Shown here: positions 1 to 9,249 of the stretch, piece by piece
Layout: every line of letters begins with the position of its first letter
Numbering within the stretch: the stretch's first letter is position 1
Assembly (NCBI GenBank): GCA_002794465.1
Contig: MTSL01000143.1
Span: forward strand, 3,008 to 35,007
Length of the DNA: 32,000 bases
Reading direction: 5' to 3'
Origin: Paramicrosporidium saccamoebae KSL3
Lineage: Eukaryota > Fungi > Cryptomycota
The notes under the pieces: model-generated
Database searches by the model: none
Seen by the model: only the letters and a program-made list of their open reading frames with translations
Told to the model about the DNA's origin: nothing
Made by a program: the position numbers and the translations under genes

Positions 1-1
1 T

Positions 2-3000
2 ATTAAACTCTCAGCATGGGAGCCCATTTTCATGGACAAGCTGATGCAGCTACGCGACGCTGAGGCTCGGGAGAGGAGAGAATTTCAGATCCTCAGCAGC
101 CTCTCAGTTGGTCTTAACGTCACAGTCCCATGCGTAGCGGCAGCGATTGGATTCATCATGTATTCCTGGAATGGACGCCCCTTCCAAGCTTCTATCATTT
201 TTCCTGCTTTGACGTACATCAACATGCTTGATTTGCCGATGGCCAGCATTTCGATGACGACATCCTTGTCCATAGATGCCATTGAATCAGTGCAGCGCAT
301 CCAAGAATTTTTGCGAGCCCCAAACAGAGCGCGTCATCCCCAAAGCGTAGTAGATTCTAAAGCAGCAATTATTATTGAGAATGGAAACTTTAAGTGGAGT
401 AATGAATCGGAAGTGGAGCCTGAGGAAATTCTCAGTTGTGAGCCCTTGAGTAACATTGAGCAGATTGTTGCCCACAGAGTTATTGCCATTTCTCCTTCCA
501 CCGTTTATGACGTGCCAGAGCAAACTTGGCAAAAGCCTGAGAATGAAACATTTTCAGGACTGAGTGGCATAAACATTAACCTTTCAAAAGGCGCCTTAGT
601 GGCCATTGTTGGGCCGATCGGCAGTGGCAAATCGTCACTATTGGCGTCTTTGTTTGGGGAGATGAAGCAATTTTCTGGGAGGCTTTTACTCGGAGGCACT
701 ATAGGGTATTGCCCCCAGCAAGCATGGATTTTGAATGCGACTGTGCGACAAAACATTTTGGTCGGGTCGCCATTTGACAAAGATCGGTATTGGAAAGTAA
801 TTAAAGAGTGCCAAATGGACGAAGATTTGGCGATGCTGCCTCACGGAGATATGACAGATATTGGAGAGGGAGGCTTTGGCTTAAGTGGCGGGCAGAAGGC
901 ACGTCTGAACTTGGCCCGGATGGTTTACCTGGATCGTGACATTGCCTTGATGGACGATCCGTTATCTGCAGTTGATAATCGAGTGGGGAAGGCTCTTTTT
1001 GAAAGTTGTATTTTAAATGGAAGTCTGTCACAGAAGACACGATTACTGGTAACACATCATTTGGGAGTCTTGCAACGATGCGACCATATTATTGTCATGC
1101 GTCATGGAAATATTACGGATCAAGGATCGTTCTCAGAGTTGATGGGAAAGGCATCTTCATTCGCCGAACTCGTCGAAAAATACCGAGTCCAGCACATTTC
1201 TCATCCCGAAATTGGGGAAGAGCACCTAATTATTGACGAAATTACCCACACTGACATGGAAACATTGAACAATAAGGAGAGTAGAGGGGCCGAGTGTGTT
1301 GACCTGAAGCAAGAAAGACCGAAGAAGCTTCAGGTCACGTCAGTGTCAGCCAAAACATTTATTACTTATATCAGGTCGGCGGGAGGATTTTGGATAGTTT
1401 TGGTGGCAGTTATGGTTATGATTTTGGCAGAATCAATCAGAACAGGGAGGGATATTTGGCTTAATTGGTGGATCGAAGATGCAGGTATCCCTGGGTTCAA
1501 TATTGGGATAGCCGGATTTCAGATTGGGTATGCATCTCTTGCCATGCTTCAGCCGCTGGTTACCTGGGTTGCTGGGGTGGTCTTTCTGCTTGCCGGCTAC
1601 CGAGCCTCCACAAATCTTCATAATAATGCATTGGCAAAAATGATTTACTCTCCGTTAAGGTTCTTCGAATCAACGCCAGTCGGACGAATTATTAATAGAT
1701 TCGGCAATGATCTCGAGCTTGTGGATGGACGTGTTTGGGAAGACTCATGGTATACTATATATGGGGTTTTTTCCATGCTGGCTGTGCTTCTGGTAATGAT
1801 GGTGTGGTCTCCATGGGCAGCACCTGCTGTGTTTGTGATTCTGGGAGTGGCAGCTATGCTCCAGTCAGTGTACCGATCTATCGCGCAGCAGCTACAAAAG
1901 CTCCAAGCACAGGGTACCTCCTCAGTAATGTCCAATTTCAGCGAAATGTTCCCAGGGCTTCCAGCCATCCATGCTCTAAACATCATGGGATTCTTCAGAC
2001 GTAGGCATTTCCAAGCCATCAATAGGACAAGTCAGTCGACTTTCATGACCATTGGCCTTCGTCGATGGATGTCACTGTGTTGCCAGATGATCGGCGCTGT
2101 CATGTTTACAGCCACTGCGCTGGTGTGCTTGTGGCTTCGGCTATATTCGGGGGCGGCTGGACTTGTCCTTAGCTCGCTCCTCAATTTCATTTACACTGTC
2201 GACTGGATCATAAAGCAATTTGCTGACATTGAAGTTAGTCTTCTTGCTGCGGAGCGATTGGAACAGTATTCTCGAGATTTAGAAGTTGAAGAGCGAGACT
2301 CAAACTCGATAGAGCTCAGCCCTGAATGGCCATCCCAAGGATCAATCGAATTTCAGAATGTTTTTCTCTCCTATTCTGCCGATTCTCCCCCAATTCTGAA
2401 AAACCTCTGCCTGAAAATTAATCCACGAGAGAAGGTTGGGATTGTCGGCAGGACTGGAGCGGGAAAGTCGTCCATTTTAACTGCTCTTATGCGAGTGGTT
2501 GAATGCAGCAGCGGTTCAATCTGTATCGACGGTATCAATATCCGCAACGTACCCCTTACAGAGCTGCGCAAGAGAATCACCATCGTTCCCCAGGAGCCAG
2601 TTTTGTTTGCTGGAACTCTACGCTTCAATCTTGATCCGACCGGCGCGGCCTCAGACGACGAATTGTGGAGTGCGCTGGAAAATGTTGGGCTAAAGGCATC
2701 CATTAGTTGTCTGCCGGGAAAGCTTGAATATGAGGTCCTTGATATGGGCGAGAATTTCTCAGTTGGCCAGCGCCAGCTCTTGTGTCTAGCACGTGCATTG
2801 CTCCGTCGTTCGCAAATTATACTCCTTGATGAGGCCACGTCTAACATGGATCTGGAGACTGATGCCATGATTCAATACGCGATCCGAACCCACTTCTCTG
2901 ACAAAACGACGGTGACCATTGCTCATAGACTCGGGACAATTCGTGATTGTGACAAGGTTGTAGTTATGGACGCGGGAATGATAGTAGAATGTGGCAGCTC

Positions 3001-3064
3001 GCAGGATCTCTTCAACAATCCCAAAAGCCATCTGTTTAAATTGTCCAAAATAAGTATCCAATAG
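2..3064 (+). CDS. ABCC (MRP/Yor1/Ycf1-like) ABC transporter, 5'-partial
   Basis: Frame is open from the window edge (IKLSAWEPIFMDKL matches the ABCC TMD1 motif IKLxAWE). NBD1 has GPIGSGKS, LSGGQKAR and LMDDPLSAVD; TMD2 has RIINRFGND; NBD2 has GRTGAGKS, FSVGQRQ and LLDEATS. Confidence 0.95.
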   Translation: MKLSAWEPIFMDKLMQLRDAEARERREFQILSSLSVGLNVTVPCVAAAIGFIMYSWNGRPFQASIIFPALTYINMLDLPMASISMTTSLSIDAIESVQRIQEFLRAPNRARHPQSVVDSKAAIIIENGNFKWSNESEVEPEEILSCEPLSNIEQIVAHRVIAISPSTVYDVPEQTWQKPENETFSGLSGININLSKGALVAIVGPIGSGKSSLLASLFGEMKQFSGRLLLGGTIGYCPQQAWILNATVRQNILVGSPFDKDRYWKVIKECQMDEDLAMLPHGDMTDIGEGGFGLSGGQKARLNLARMVYLDRDIALMDDPLSAVDNRVGKALFESCILNGSLSQKTRLLVTHHLGVLQRCDHIIVMRHGNITDQGSFSELMGKASSFAELVEKYRVQHISHPEIGEEHLIIDEITHTDMETLNNKESRGAECVDLKQERPKKLQVTSVSAKTFITYIRSAGGFWIVLVAVMVMILAESIRTGRDIWLNWWIEDAGIPGFNIGIAGFQIGYASLAMLQPLVTWVAGVVFLLAGYRASTNLHNNALAKMIYSPLRFFESTPVGRIINRFGNDLELVDGRVWEDSWYTIYGVFSMLAVLLVMMVWSPWAAPAVFVILGVAAMLQSVYRSIAQQLQKLQAQGTSSVMSNFSEMFPGLPAIHALNIMGFFRRRHFQAINRTSQSTFMTIGLRRWMSLCCQMIGAVMFTATALVCLWLRLYSGAAGLVLSSLLNFIYTVDWIIKQFADIEVSLLAAERLEQYSRDLEVEERDSNSIELSPEWPSQGSIEFQNVFLSYSADSPPILKNLCLKINPREKVGIVGRTGAGKSSILTALMRVVECSSGSICIDGINIRNVPLTELRKRITIVPQEPVLFAGTLRFNLDPTGAASDDELWSALENVGLKASISCLPGKLEYEVLDMGENFSVGQRQLLCLARALLRRSQIILLDEATSNMDLETDAMIQYAIRTHFSDKTTVTIAHRLGTIRDCDKVVVMDAGMIVECGSSQDLFNNPKSHLFKLSKISIQ

Positions 3065-3134
3065 AAATATACATTAACTTGGTGACCTGTGAAGGCTTTG
3101 TCGACCGTCGTGTGGCAGGGGTACACACATTACC

Positions 3135-3443
3135 ATGGCCGGAGGAGTAGGGTCTCGTTGTATTTCTCATTGTTTTCCGTAGACTGTTGCTATTAATCCA
3201 AAGCCCTTTTTGTATGAGTTAACGGGGAAGCCTGTTATTGTTCGCCTGAAATGGGGCATGGAGTACCGTGGAGTTCTAGCCTCCGTGGACTCTTATATGA
3301 ATCTGCAGTTGGCTGCCTGTGAGGAATATTTTGATGGCGAGCGTGCTGGTGAGCTCGGAGATGTGATTATCAGGTATTATTGGCGTCGTTTGTCATCTGA
3401 ACTGTCTAGGTGTAATAATGTCATGTTTATCAAAGGTGCATAG
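3135..3443 (+). CDS. SMX3: Sm core snRNP protein F (78 aa), 3 exons
   Basis: Exons 3135-3146, 3183-3373, 3410-3443; introns 3147-3182 and 3374-3409 (36 nt each). The product [47 protein letters not shown]...[13 protein letters not shown] is the SmF/SNRPF signature. Confidence 0.93.
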
Positions 3444-3567
3444 AATAAGTTGTTGATTAAATTATCTGTTCAGTCTCTGTGTAGAACAATAAGGTGTAGG
3501 TTAATTGAGATAGGTGAGATGGGTGAGATGGGTGAGAGGGTATATTTGCGGGTCAAAACCCCAATAA

Positions 3568-3735
3568 AGAGTATGTTGATGGATGAGCTCGATTTTATTA
3601 AAGTATTTATATGGCTTCTTTATAGACAACAGCCCTTCTTAGTATATGCAGACTGGACTGTGGGACCGCTATCTGGGTCAGACTCATCAACAATAAGTAG
3701 ATGCTATTTAACAGTCTTTACTGTCAACCTCGTAA
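3568..3735 (+). repeat. Dispersed intergenic repeat family A, copy 1
   Basis: Collinear by eye with 6735-6895 over about 165 nt, for example TTTTATTAAAGTATT...TGGCTTCTTTATAG...GACCGCTA.CTGGGTC.GAC.CA.CAACAATAAGT.GATGCT.TTTAACA. Confidence 0.9.
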
Positions 3736-3811
3736 TATTTATGGATCGAGACTAAAGGGTCTCTACTATAACACCGCTCACCATATATTAATGTGGGACT
3801 GAAAGATCAGT

Positions 3812-4774
3812 CTAATCAAAGTTTAAAGGAAACAGCCGTTGGATAAGCTCGTAGGAAACCAAGGTAAAGCCAAATTGTGGGGAAGAACGAAGGACACGCG
3901 CCACGCCTCCTTTGAAGAATGCCGCCACCCCCTCCTCACGCAGAATCTTTGAAAATGCATCCGGAATTCCATGGTAGGTCTGCTGGCCTGCACGGGCAAC
4001 GACTTGGAGCCTTGTTTTGATGACGTCGGCTGGAGTGGCCAGATACGCAGCGGGCATACCTGCAATAGCGCCGGCAGCCAGCAACTCGAGGGGGGCCAGC
4101 TTTTTTCCATCTCGGCCTTCGTGAAATACGTCTATTTTGAGATGTGAATACGCAGTAAAGTAGATTGCCGAGAATGGGATGTCTCTTAGGAGACAAGCAC
4201 CGGCGCCCTTATACAGACCACGAATGCCAAGCTCACGACAGATGCTAATGGCGCTTTCTCGCGCGGCTCCAGTTAATCTGGCAGCCTCGCCTTGCACCTG
4301 TAGCCGAATCTTGACAATCTCCAGTGGATTTGTAAAGATGACTTGCGACATTCCTGCAAATCCGCCCGATATGCACTCAGCCGGGACTGATAGTTTCCCA
4401 TTCTTGTCACGCAGCGAGGAGCGCATCAAATCATTCATTGTCAACTTGATGGCCTTCTCGGGTGCCACTCCGACCAATTGGGGCAGTAATCCGCGATATA
4501 ATCCAAGAACGCCCTCATTTCTAATCACTTTGCGAAAGCAGTCCCAGCTGTGCGCGTACAGGATTTCGCTTGCTGCTACTTTTCGCTGGTTCTGCATTCG
4601 GGTTTTTACCAGGTCAATTGGATACACAAAGGTTGCTCCGATGGCGCCGGCGACAGACCCGATAGAGAAGTGATAGATTGACTTTAGTGTCTGCTGACCA
4701 GCGGAGAGCGGGTGGGTGGGTATATTTGTAGTAGACTTTACCATGGCTGGCGGTCCCGCAATTCCGGAACTCAT
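3812..4774 (-). CDS. AGC1: Mitochondrial aspartate/glutamate carrier (AGC1/aralar/citrin family), carrier domain only
   Basis: Three PxDxxKxR-type carrier repeats, plus the AGC-specific strings [26 protein letters not shown] and [20 protein letters not shown]. Confidence 0.88.
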   Translation of the reverse strand: MSSGIAGPPAMVKSTTNIPTHPLSAGQQTLKSIYHFSIGSVAGAIGATFVYPIDLVKTRMQNQRKVAASEILYAHSWDCFRKVIRNEGVLGLYRGLLPQLVGVAPEKAIKLTMNDLMRSSLRDKNGKLSVPAECISGGFAGMSQVIFTNPLEIVKIRLQVQGEAARLTGAARESAISICRELGIRGLYKGAGACLLRDIPFSAIYFTAYSHLKIDVFHEGRDGKKLAPLELLAAGAIAGMPAAYLATPADVIKTRLQVVARAGQQTYHGIPDAFSKILREEGVAAFFKGGVARVLRSSPQFGFTLVSYELIQRLFPLNFD

Positions 4775-4983
4775 AATAACTGCACTTTAGAGCCGGGGAT
4801 GGAAGGACCATTGCCATATGGGATAAAGTCTCATCCTGTTGATGCGCGAATTAATTCATCCCTTAAACGCGAATTGTGTCACTACGTATCAACAGGTCTT
4901 GTCGATCACAATAATGTTCTCCTAGAAATAAGATTTATTGAGATTGCCTTTCAAGAGCAGTCTTTACATTGTTATTAAAGATA

Positions 4984-6318
4984 TTAAGCGGACATCTCCA
5001 TGCTCTCATCATAGACACCCTCATCTTCGGCAGTGGCCTCCTGGTACTGCTGATACTCTGAGACGAGATCATTCATGTTGGACTCGGCTTCCGTGAATTC
5101 CATCTCATCCATACCCTCACCAATGTACCAATGAAGATAGGCCTTGCGACGGAACATGGCGGAGAATTGATCAGACACACGCTTGAACAACTCTTGGATG
5201 GCAGTGGAGTTGCCAATAAACGTGGCGGACATCTTGAATCCCTTGGGGGGAATATCACAAACCGCCGTCTTAACGTTGCTGGGGATCCAGTCCACAAAGT
5301 ACGAGCTGTTCTTTTGTTGCATGGCCAACATCTGCTCATCAACTTCCTTCATTGACACGCGGCCTCGGAAGATGGTCGAGACGGCCAAATACCTGCCATG
5401 ACGAGGATCACTGGCAGCCATCATGTTCTTTGAGTCAAAGAGCTGCTGGGTGAGCTCAGCAACAGTGGACGCACGATATGAAGCAGATCCACGGGGGGTC
5501 AATGGGGCAAAGCCAGCCATGAAAAAGTGGAGACGAGGGAAGGGAACCATGTTCACGGCAAGCTTGCGAAGGTCAGCGTTGAGTTGACCGGGGAAACGCA
5601 GGCAAGTAGTCACACCAGACATGACGGCAGAGACCAAATGATTGAGGTCCCCATAGCCTGGGTTGTTAAGCTTCAGAGTCCTGAAGCAAATGTCGTAGAG
5701 AGCCTCGTTATCAATGCAGAAGGTGCTGTCCGAGTTTTCAACCAGCTGATGGACCGAGAGGGTCGCATTGTAGGGCTCAACTACAGTGTCGGAGACCTTG
5801 GGAGAAGGCACAACGGAAAAGGTGCACATCATGCGATCAGGGAATTCTTCGCGAATCTTGGAAATGAGAAGAGTTCCCATACCAGCACCAGTACCACCTC
5901 CCAAAGAGTGGGTAATCTGGAAACCTTGAAGACACTCGCAGTTCTCGGCTTCCTTGCGGACAACATCGAGGACAGAGTCAACGAGTTCGGCTCCCTCGGT
6001 GTAATGTCCCTTAGCCCAGTTATTTCCGGCTCCATTCTGTCCAAAAACAAAGTTATCAGGGCGGAAGAGAGTTCCGTATGGACCAGCGCGGACGGCATCC
6101 ATGGTGCCGGGTTCCAGATCGACAAGTACAGCACGTGGCACATACTTTCCAGAGGCTGCCTCATTAAAATAGACATTAATGCGCTCCAATTGATTAGGTG
6201 AGTCTCCGTTGTAGACACCACTTGGGTCGATTCCGTGCTCATCAGCAATTACTTCCCAGAACTTGGCACCAATTTGGTTACCGCATTGTCCAGTTTGTAG
6301 ATGAACGATTTCACGCAT
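4984..6318 (-). CDS. TUB2: Beta-tubulin (444 aa), no intron in the CDS
   Basis: MREI N-terminus, GGGTGAG tubulin signature, [11 protein letters not shown], acidic C-terminal tail. Confidence 0.99.
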   Translation of the reverse strand: MREIVHLQTGQCGNQIGAKFWEVIADEHGIDPSGVYNGDSPNQLERINVYFNEAASGKYVPRAVLVDLEPGTMDAVRAGPYGTLFRPDNFVFGQNGAGNNWAKGHYTEGAELVDSVLDVVRKEAENCECLQGFQITHSLGGGTGAGMGTLLISKIREEFPDRMMCTFSVVPSPKVSDTVVEPYNATLSVHQLVENSDSTFCIDNEALYDICFRTLKLNNPGYGDLNHLVSAVMSGVTTCLRFPGQLNADLRKLAVNMVPFPRLHFFMAGFAPLTPRGSASYRASTVAELTQQLFDSKNMMAASDPRHGRYLAVSTIFRGRVSMKEVDEQMLAMQQKNSSYFVDWIPSNVKTAVCDIPPKGFKMSATFIGNSTAIQELFKRVSDQFSAMFRRKAYLHWYIGEGMDEMEFTEAESNMNDLVSEYQQYQEATAEDEGVYDESMEMSA

Positions 6319-6406
6319 ATCTGCAAAGGATTAGTACGCCAAATTAAGTCTACTGCTGCTGCTGGTAGAGTGGTCACAAGCCCGTTGAGAGAGTTAACCC
6401 GCGCAA

Positions 6407-6412
6407 TTTATA
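6407..6412 (-). promoter_or_regulatory. Probable TATA box of the beta-tubulin gene
   Basis: The minus strand reads CCTATAAATTGCGCGGGTTAAC about 55 nt upstream of the 5'UTR intron donor, in a GC-rich context. Confidence 0.45.
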
Positions 6413-6597
6413 GGTTGCCAGGGCGCGCATTTCCCCGCCAGAACCTGTCCACCAATCGAAGAAAGTCTCCAATTAAATATTTAATGTGCAGATATGAGAG
6501 TATGAAAATGGGTCAAAATTTCACTAAAAGAGTACTAAAACGGTTGCGAGAGCCCCAACAAAAGAGTCGGTTAAATAGAGATAGATGATATGATATG

Positions 6598-6895
6598 GTC
6601 AGTAAAGTATTTGGCATCATTATAGGCCACCACCCTCAATATGACCGGAATGGATTTTAAGATCGCTATCTGGATTGTTACCACCAATCATGAGCGGATA
6701 CTTTTAAGAGAGTCTTTAGCCCAACCTCGGTAAAAGAATCTGTTGATGAGTGAGCTTTGTTTTATTAAAGTATTTGGCTTCTTTATAGGTAGCCATTCTT
6801 AATATAACCAAACTGGCCTGCGAGACCGCTACCTGGGTCGGACCCACCAACAATAAGTGGATGCTGTTTAACAAAATCTTTACTCCAGTCTCAGT
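6598..6895 (+). repeat. Family A, tandem copies 2 and 3
   Basis: About 6598-6738 (diverged) and about 6735-6895. Both start (A/G)TAAAGTATTTGGC..C.TTATAGG and end TCTTTA..CCA..CTC.GTAAAAG. Confidence 0.88.
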
Positions 6896-6992
6896 AAAAG
6901 AGTTTCTACTCCCACCTTAACAGAATTCTTACTCCAGCCTCAGTAAAAGAGTTTCTATTCCCACCGTAATAACAGAACCTTTACTCCCAACC
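6870..6992 (+). repeat. About 50-bp tandem duplication (2.5 copies) of the family A tail
   Basis: AACA.AAT..TTACTCCAG.CTCAGTAAAAGAGTTTCTA.TCCCACC twice, then a partial AACAGAACCTTTACTCCCAACCTC. Confidence 0.85.
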
Positions 6993-7006
6993 TCAAATGT
7001 ACAAAA

Positions 7007-7707
7007 TTATAACAAATCTGGATTTAAATCTAATTCCAACAACGAAAGATCCATGTCATGGTCCTGTGCGACTCTTGATTGTCGGCGTGCCCCGTCTTTG
7101 GTGGTAGGTGCATCGCGACTGACATCTTCCACAACACCAACATTAATGACCTGGAAGAGCCTACTTGATCTCATTAGATCTTCGGTAGGATATGGAGGAC
7201 GATGGAGGACAAGTGGTTGGTCTTGTTGCCATCCCTCGGGCGGGCCAACTGTCAATGACACTCGTTCAGCCAGAGCCAGAATGGTGGGCATATCAAATCC
7301 GTCTGTCTCAATGTGTTGAAGCATTTCTAGCTTTGCTTGCTCCTCCTTTACTTTGGCCTTGGCAGACACGATTGCTGCAAATGCCTGGTCAATCAAGGCT
7401 GATATTTCCTTCTTCCTATTCGACAGCTCTATGTGGAGCTGATGCATCTTTTCCAAATGATTCCGTTGCTCGTTTACTACCAAAATTATCCATCCTTGCT
7501 ATTATGAATACCTTTGCGAAAAGCATCTTGCAATTCCTTGTCCACGGCAAACACTGGGTCCAATTTGCTCAAGAGGTCAGCCTGCGACTCGCCGTCACTC
7601 GGGTTGGCCGTGCGAATATGCTGCATAAACGTCTTTAGTTCGCTCCTAAAGCGCGTAAGCACCGCTTCCACTTGCCGTTGCAACGACAACTGTTCATCGT
7701 TGGACAT
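7007..7707 (-). CDS. MED4: Mediator subunit 4 (about 221 aa), 2 exons
   Basis: Intron 7477-7511 (35 nt, GTATTC...GGTAG) joins AFRK/V-NEQRN in frame. N-terminal coiled coil, then ILALAERVS..PPEGW...RPPYPTEDLMRSSRL, the Med4 C-terminal motif. Confidence 0.8.
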
Positions 7708-7728
7708 GCTCCAGGGTAGTCTGCGTCA

Positions 7729-8064
7729 ATGGCTTCCATGGCGAAGAAGCACAAGCTGTCGGAAGATGTGATTAGCGATAGCGACACTGAGGAGAACCCA
7801 AAAGAGACACCCACTCCCACATCCATGGATAGTTTTCAGAGGAACAGCGATGGCGAAATATACTTTGAATTAACTAGTCGTCGTCGTGTCACTGTCCGCC
7901 GATGGAAGACTAGCACTCTGATTGACATTCGCGAATTTTGGGGCGACGACGGGGATCTAAAGCCGGGCAAAAAGGGCATTTCTCTGACTCTTGATCAATG
8001 GAAGCAGCTACTCAAATGGACTCCCGAAATTGAAGCTTCGATCGCGAAACTTGACTCTAGTTAA
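7729..8064 (+). CDS. SUB1: Transcriptional coactivator PC4/Sub1 (ssDNA-binding)
   Basis: FELTSRRRVTVRRWK..LIDIREFW..GDLKPGKKGISLTLDQW is the PC4 domain. Start is 7729 or 7738. Confidence 0.9.
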   Translation: MASMAKKHKLSEDVISDSDTEENPKETPTPTSMDSFQRNSDGEIYFELTSRRRVTVRRWKTSTLIDIREFWGDDGDLKPGKKGISLTLDQWKQLLKWTPEIEASIAKLDSS

Positions 8065-8194
8065 TTTTGAAAATAAAACTGTAGAAAAGTACTGCATGGT
8101 GAACGATGAACAGGTGCAAATGGGATTTTTCATTAGTCACTGGCACTGCCTATATAGCCGTGGTAGACGTGGTAGACGTGTGATGTAAATGATT

Positions 8195-8305
8195 GATTAG
8201 TTGGGTATTTGAAGGTAATTTCCTAGTTTGGAGAAGAAATACATGCGTGATAGAGTAGATCAATTAGCCGTGTGGTAGAGTGGATCGTTTAGCTAGGCAT
8301 TTTAG
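8195..8305 (+). repeat. Short repeat family B, about 3 imperfect local copies
   Basis: GATTGATTAGTTGGGTAT / GAGTAGATCAATTAGCCG / GAGTGGATCGTTTAGCTAGGCAT; matches 11501-11540. Confidence 0.5.
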
Positions 8306-8520
8306 GACTATTCCCACGCCTCTTGGGAGATCACCAAAGGGCCTATAAATTTATAATAAGAGCCCCCTTGCCTCCCAAATAAAGAGCAGTGATTTACCCA
8401 CCAAGTGACAAGTGCTGGCTATTCATCGGTGGCAGATTTTTCTGTTAGATGGTGTATTGTAGATACGTCATACATCAGTCGCCTACATATTGCAAGGTGG
8501 TGAATTGTACCGGGGCGAGC

Positions 8521-9072
8521 ATGAAGACCTCGCTTTCATCACCACCCTCTGCCTCTCAATCCAGCCAGCTTCCTCCCGTCGAGGAGCTGCAGTCTCGTCG
8601 CGAACAACTCGAAAAAGTGCACCATTATACTGATGCACTTACATTACAGGAGTTGCAAATTCTGGGCGAGTCATTTGTACAACTGAAGCAGGCACAGGAC
8701 CGTTTTGTGCAGAATATCTCTACACTGACTTCCTTAAAATCTGCTCTCCCAGAGCAAGAATTAATGATACCGTTGACATCCTCAGTGTATATCAAAGGAG
8801 TCTTGGCCAATAAGGACAGTGTAACTGTTGACATTGGCACGGGGTATTTTGTCGAAAAGGTTGCCAAGGCGAATATGCCACCTCACGCTATAGGATCTAG
8901 CATCTGCCGATGATTATTATGTACGCAAGGTCAAGTATCTTCAGGAGCAGCTGAACATGCTCGGTCAGGTCATTTCTGAGAAACGTCAGAACATGTCTGG
9001 TATTATTGTTGCATTTGGGCACTAATATTGCTAGTCCTAACTCGCGCACTTCAGGCCAGGCTGCATAAATAA
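8521..9072 (+). CDS. GIM5: Prefoldin subunit 5 (alpha type, about 149 aa), 4 exons
   Basis: Introns 8617-8649 (33 nt), 8860-8893 (34) and 9000-9034 (35). Motif ELMIPLTSSVYIKG...VTVDIGTGYFVEK, continuing after splicing as DLASADDYYVRKVKYLQEQL...ARLHK*. Start codon uncertain. Confidence 0.88.
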
Positions 9073-9111
9073 AGTGGTGGATCTTGTGAGATATTATAGC
9101 TACAGATCAGT

Positions 9112-9237
9112 TTTGTTAAAGTACACAGCGCCTTTATAGGTCGCTACCCTCGACGCGTCGGATTGTGAGATTGCATAAGTGTCGGTCTCACCAATAACGC
9201 CCAAATACTGTTTAACATGTCCCATTAACCAACCTCA
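9112..9237 (+). repeat. Family A, copy 4
   Basis: TGTTAAAGTA..GCGCCTTTATAGG..GCTACCCTC...CGGATTGTGAGAT.GC...TCTCACCAATAAC...TACTGTTTAACA...CCAACCTC. Confidence 0.82.
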
Positions 9238-9249
9238 CAGGTCTAAGTT

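Noticed and set aside
3450-3755. 101-aa plus-strand ORF between SmF and AGC1
   Set aside because: It overlaps family A copy 1 and a GGTGAGATG microrepeat. The closely related copy 3 is frameshifted in the same frame, and there is no recognisable motif.
5527-6201. 224-aa ORF antisense to beta-tubulin; similar long antisense ORFs at 24034-24801, 26590-27093 and 26858-27532
   Set aside because: Shadow frames of biased or low-complexity coding sequence on the opposite strand.
8449-8520. ORF-track N-terminal extensions (prefoldin 5 from 8449, EPT1 from 12512, OSH3 from 18575)
   Set aside because: They begin at non-ATG or unconserved positions and add no family-like sequence; downstream ATGs fit ortholog lengths better.
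4984-9072. Functional cluster of beta-tubulin with prefoldin 5 (tubulin folding)
   Set aside because: Unrelated genes (MED4, SUB1) intervene and the whole window is mixed housekeeping genes; the proximity is plausibly chance.
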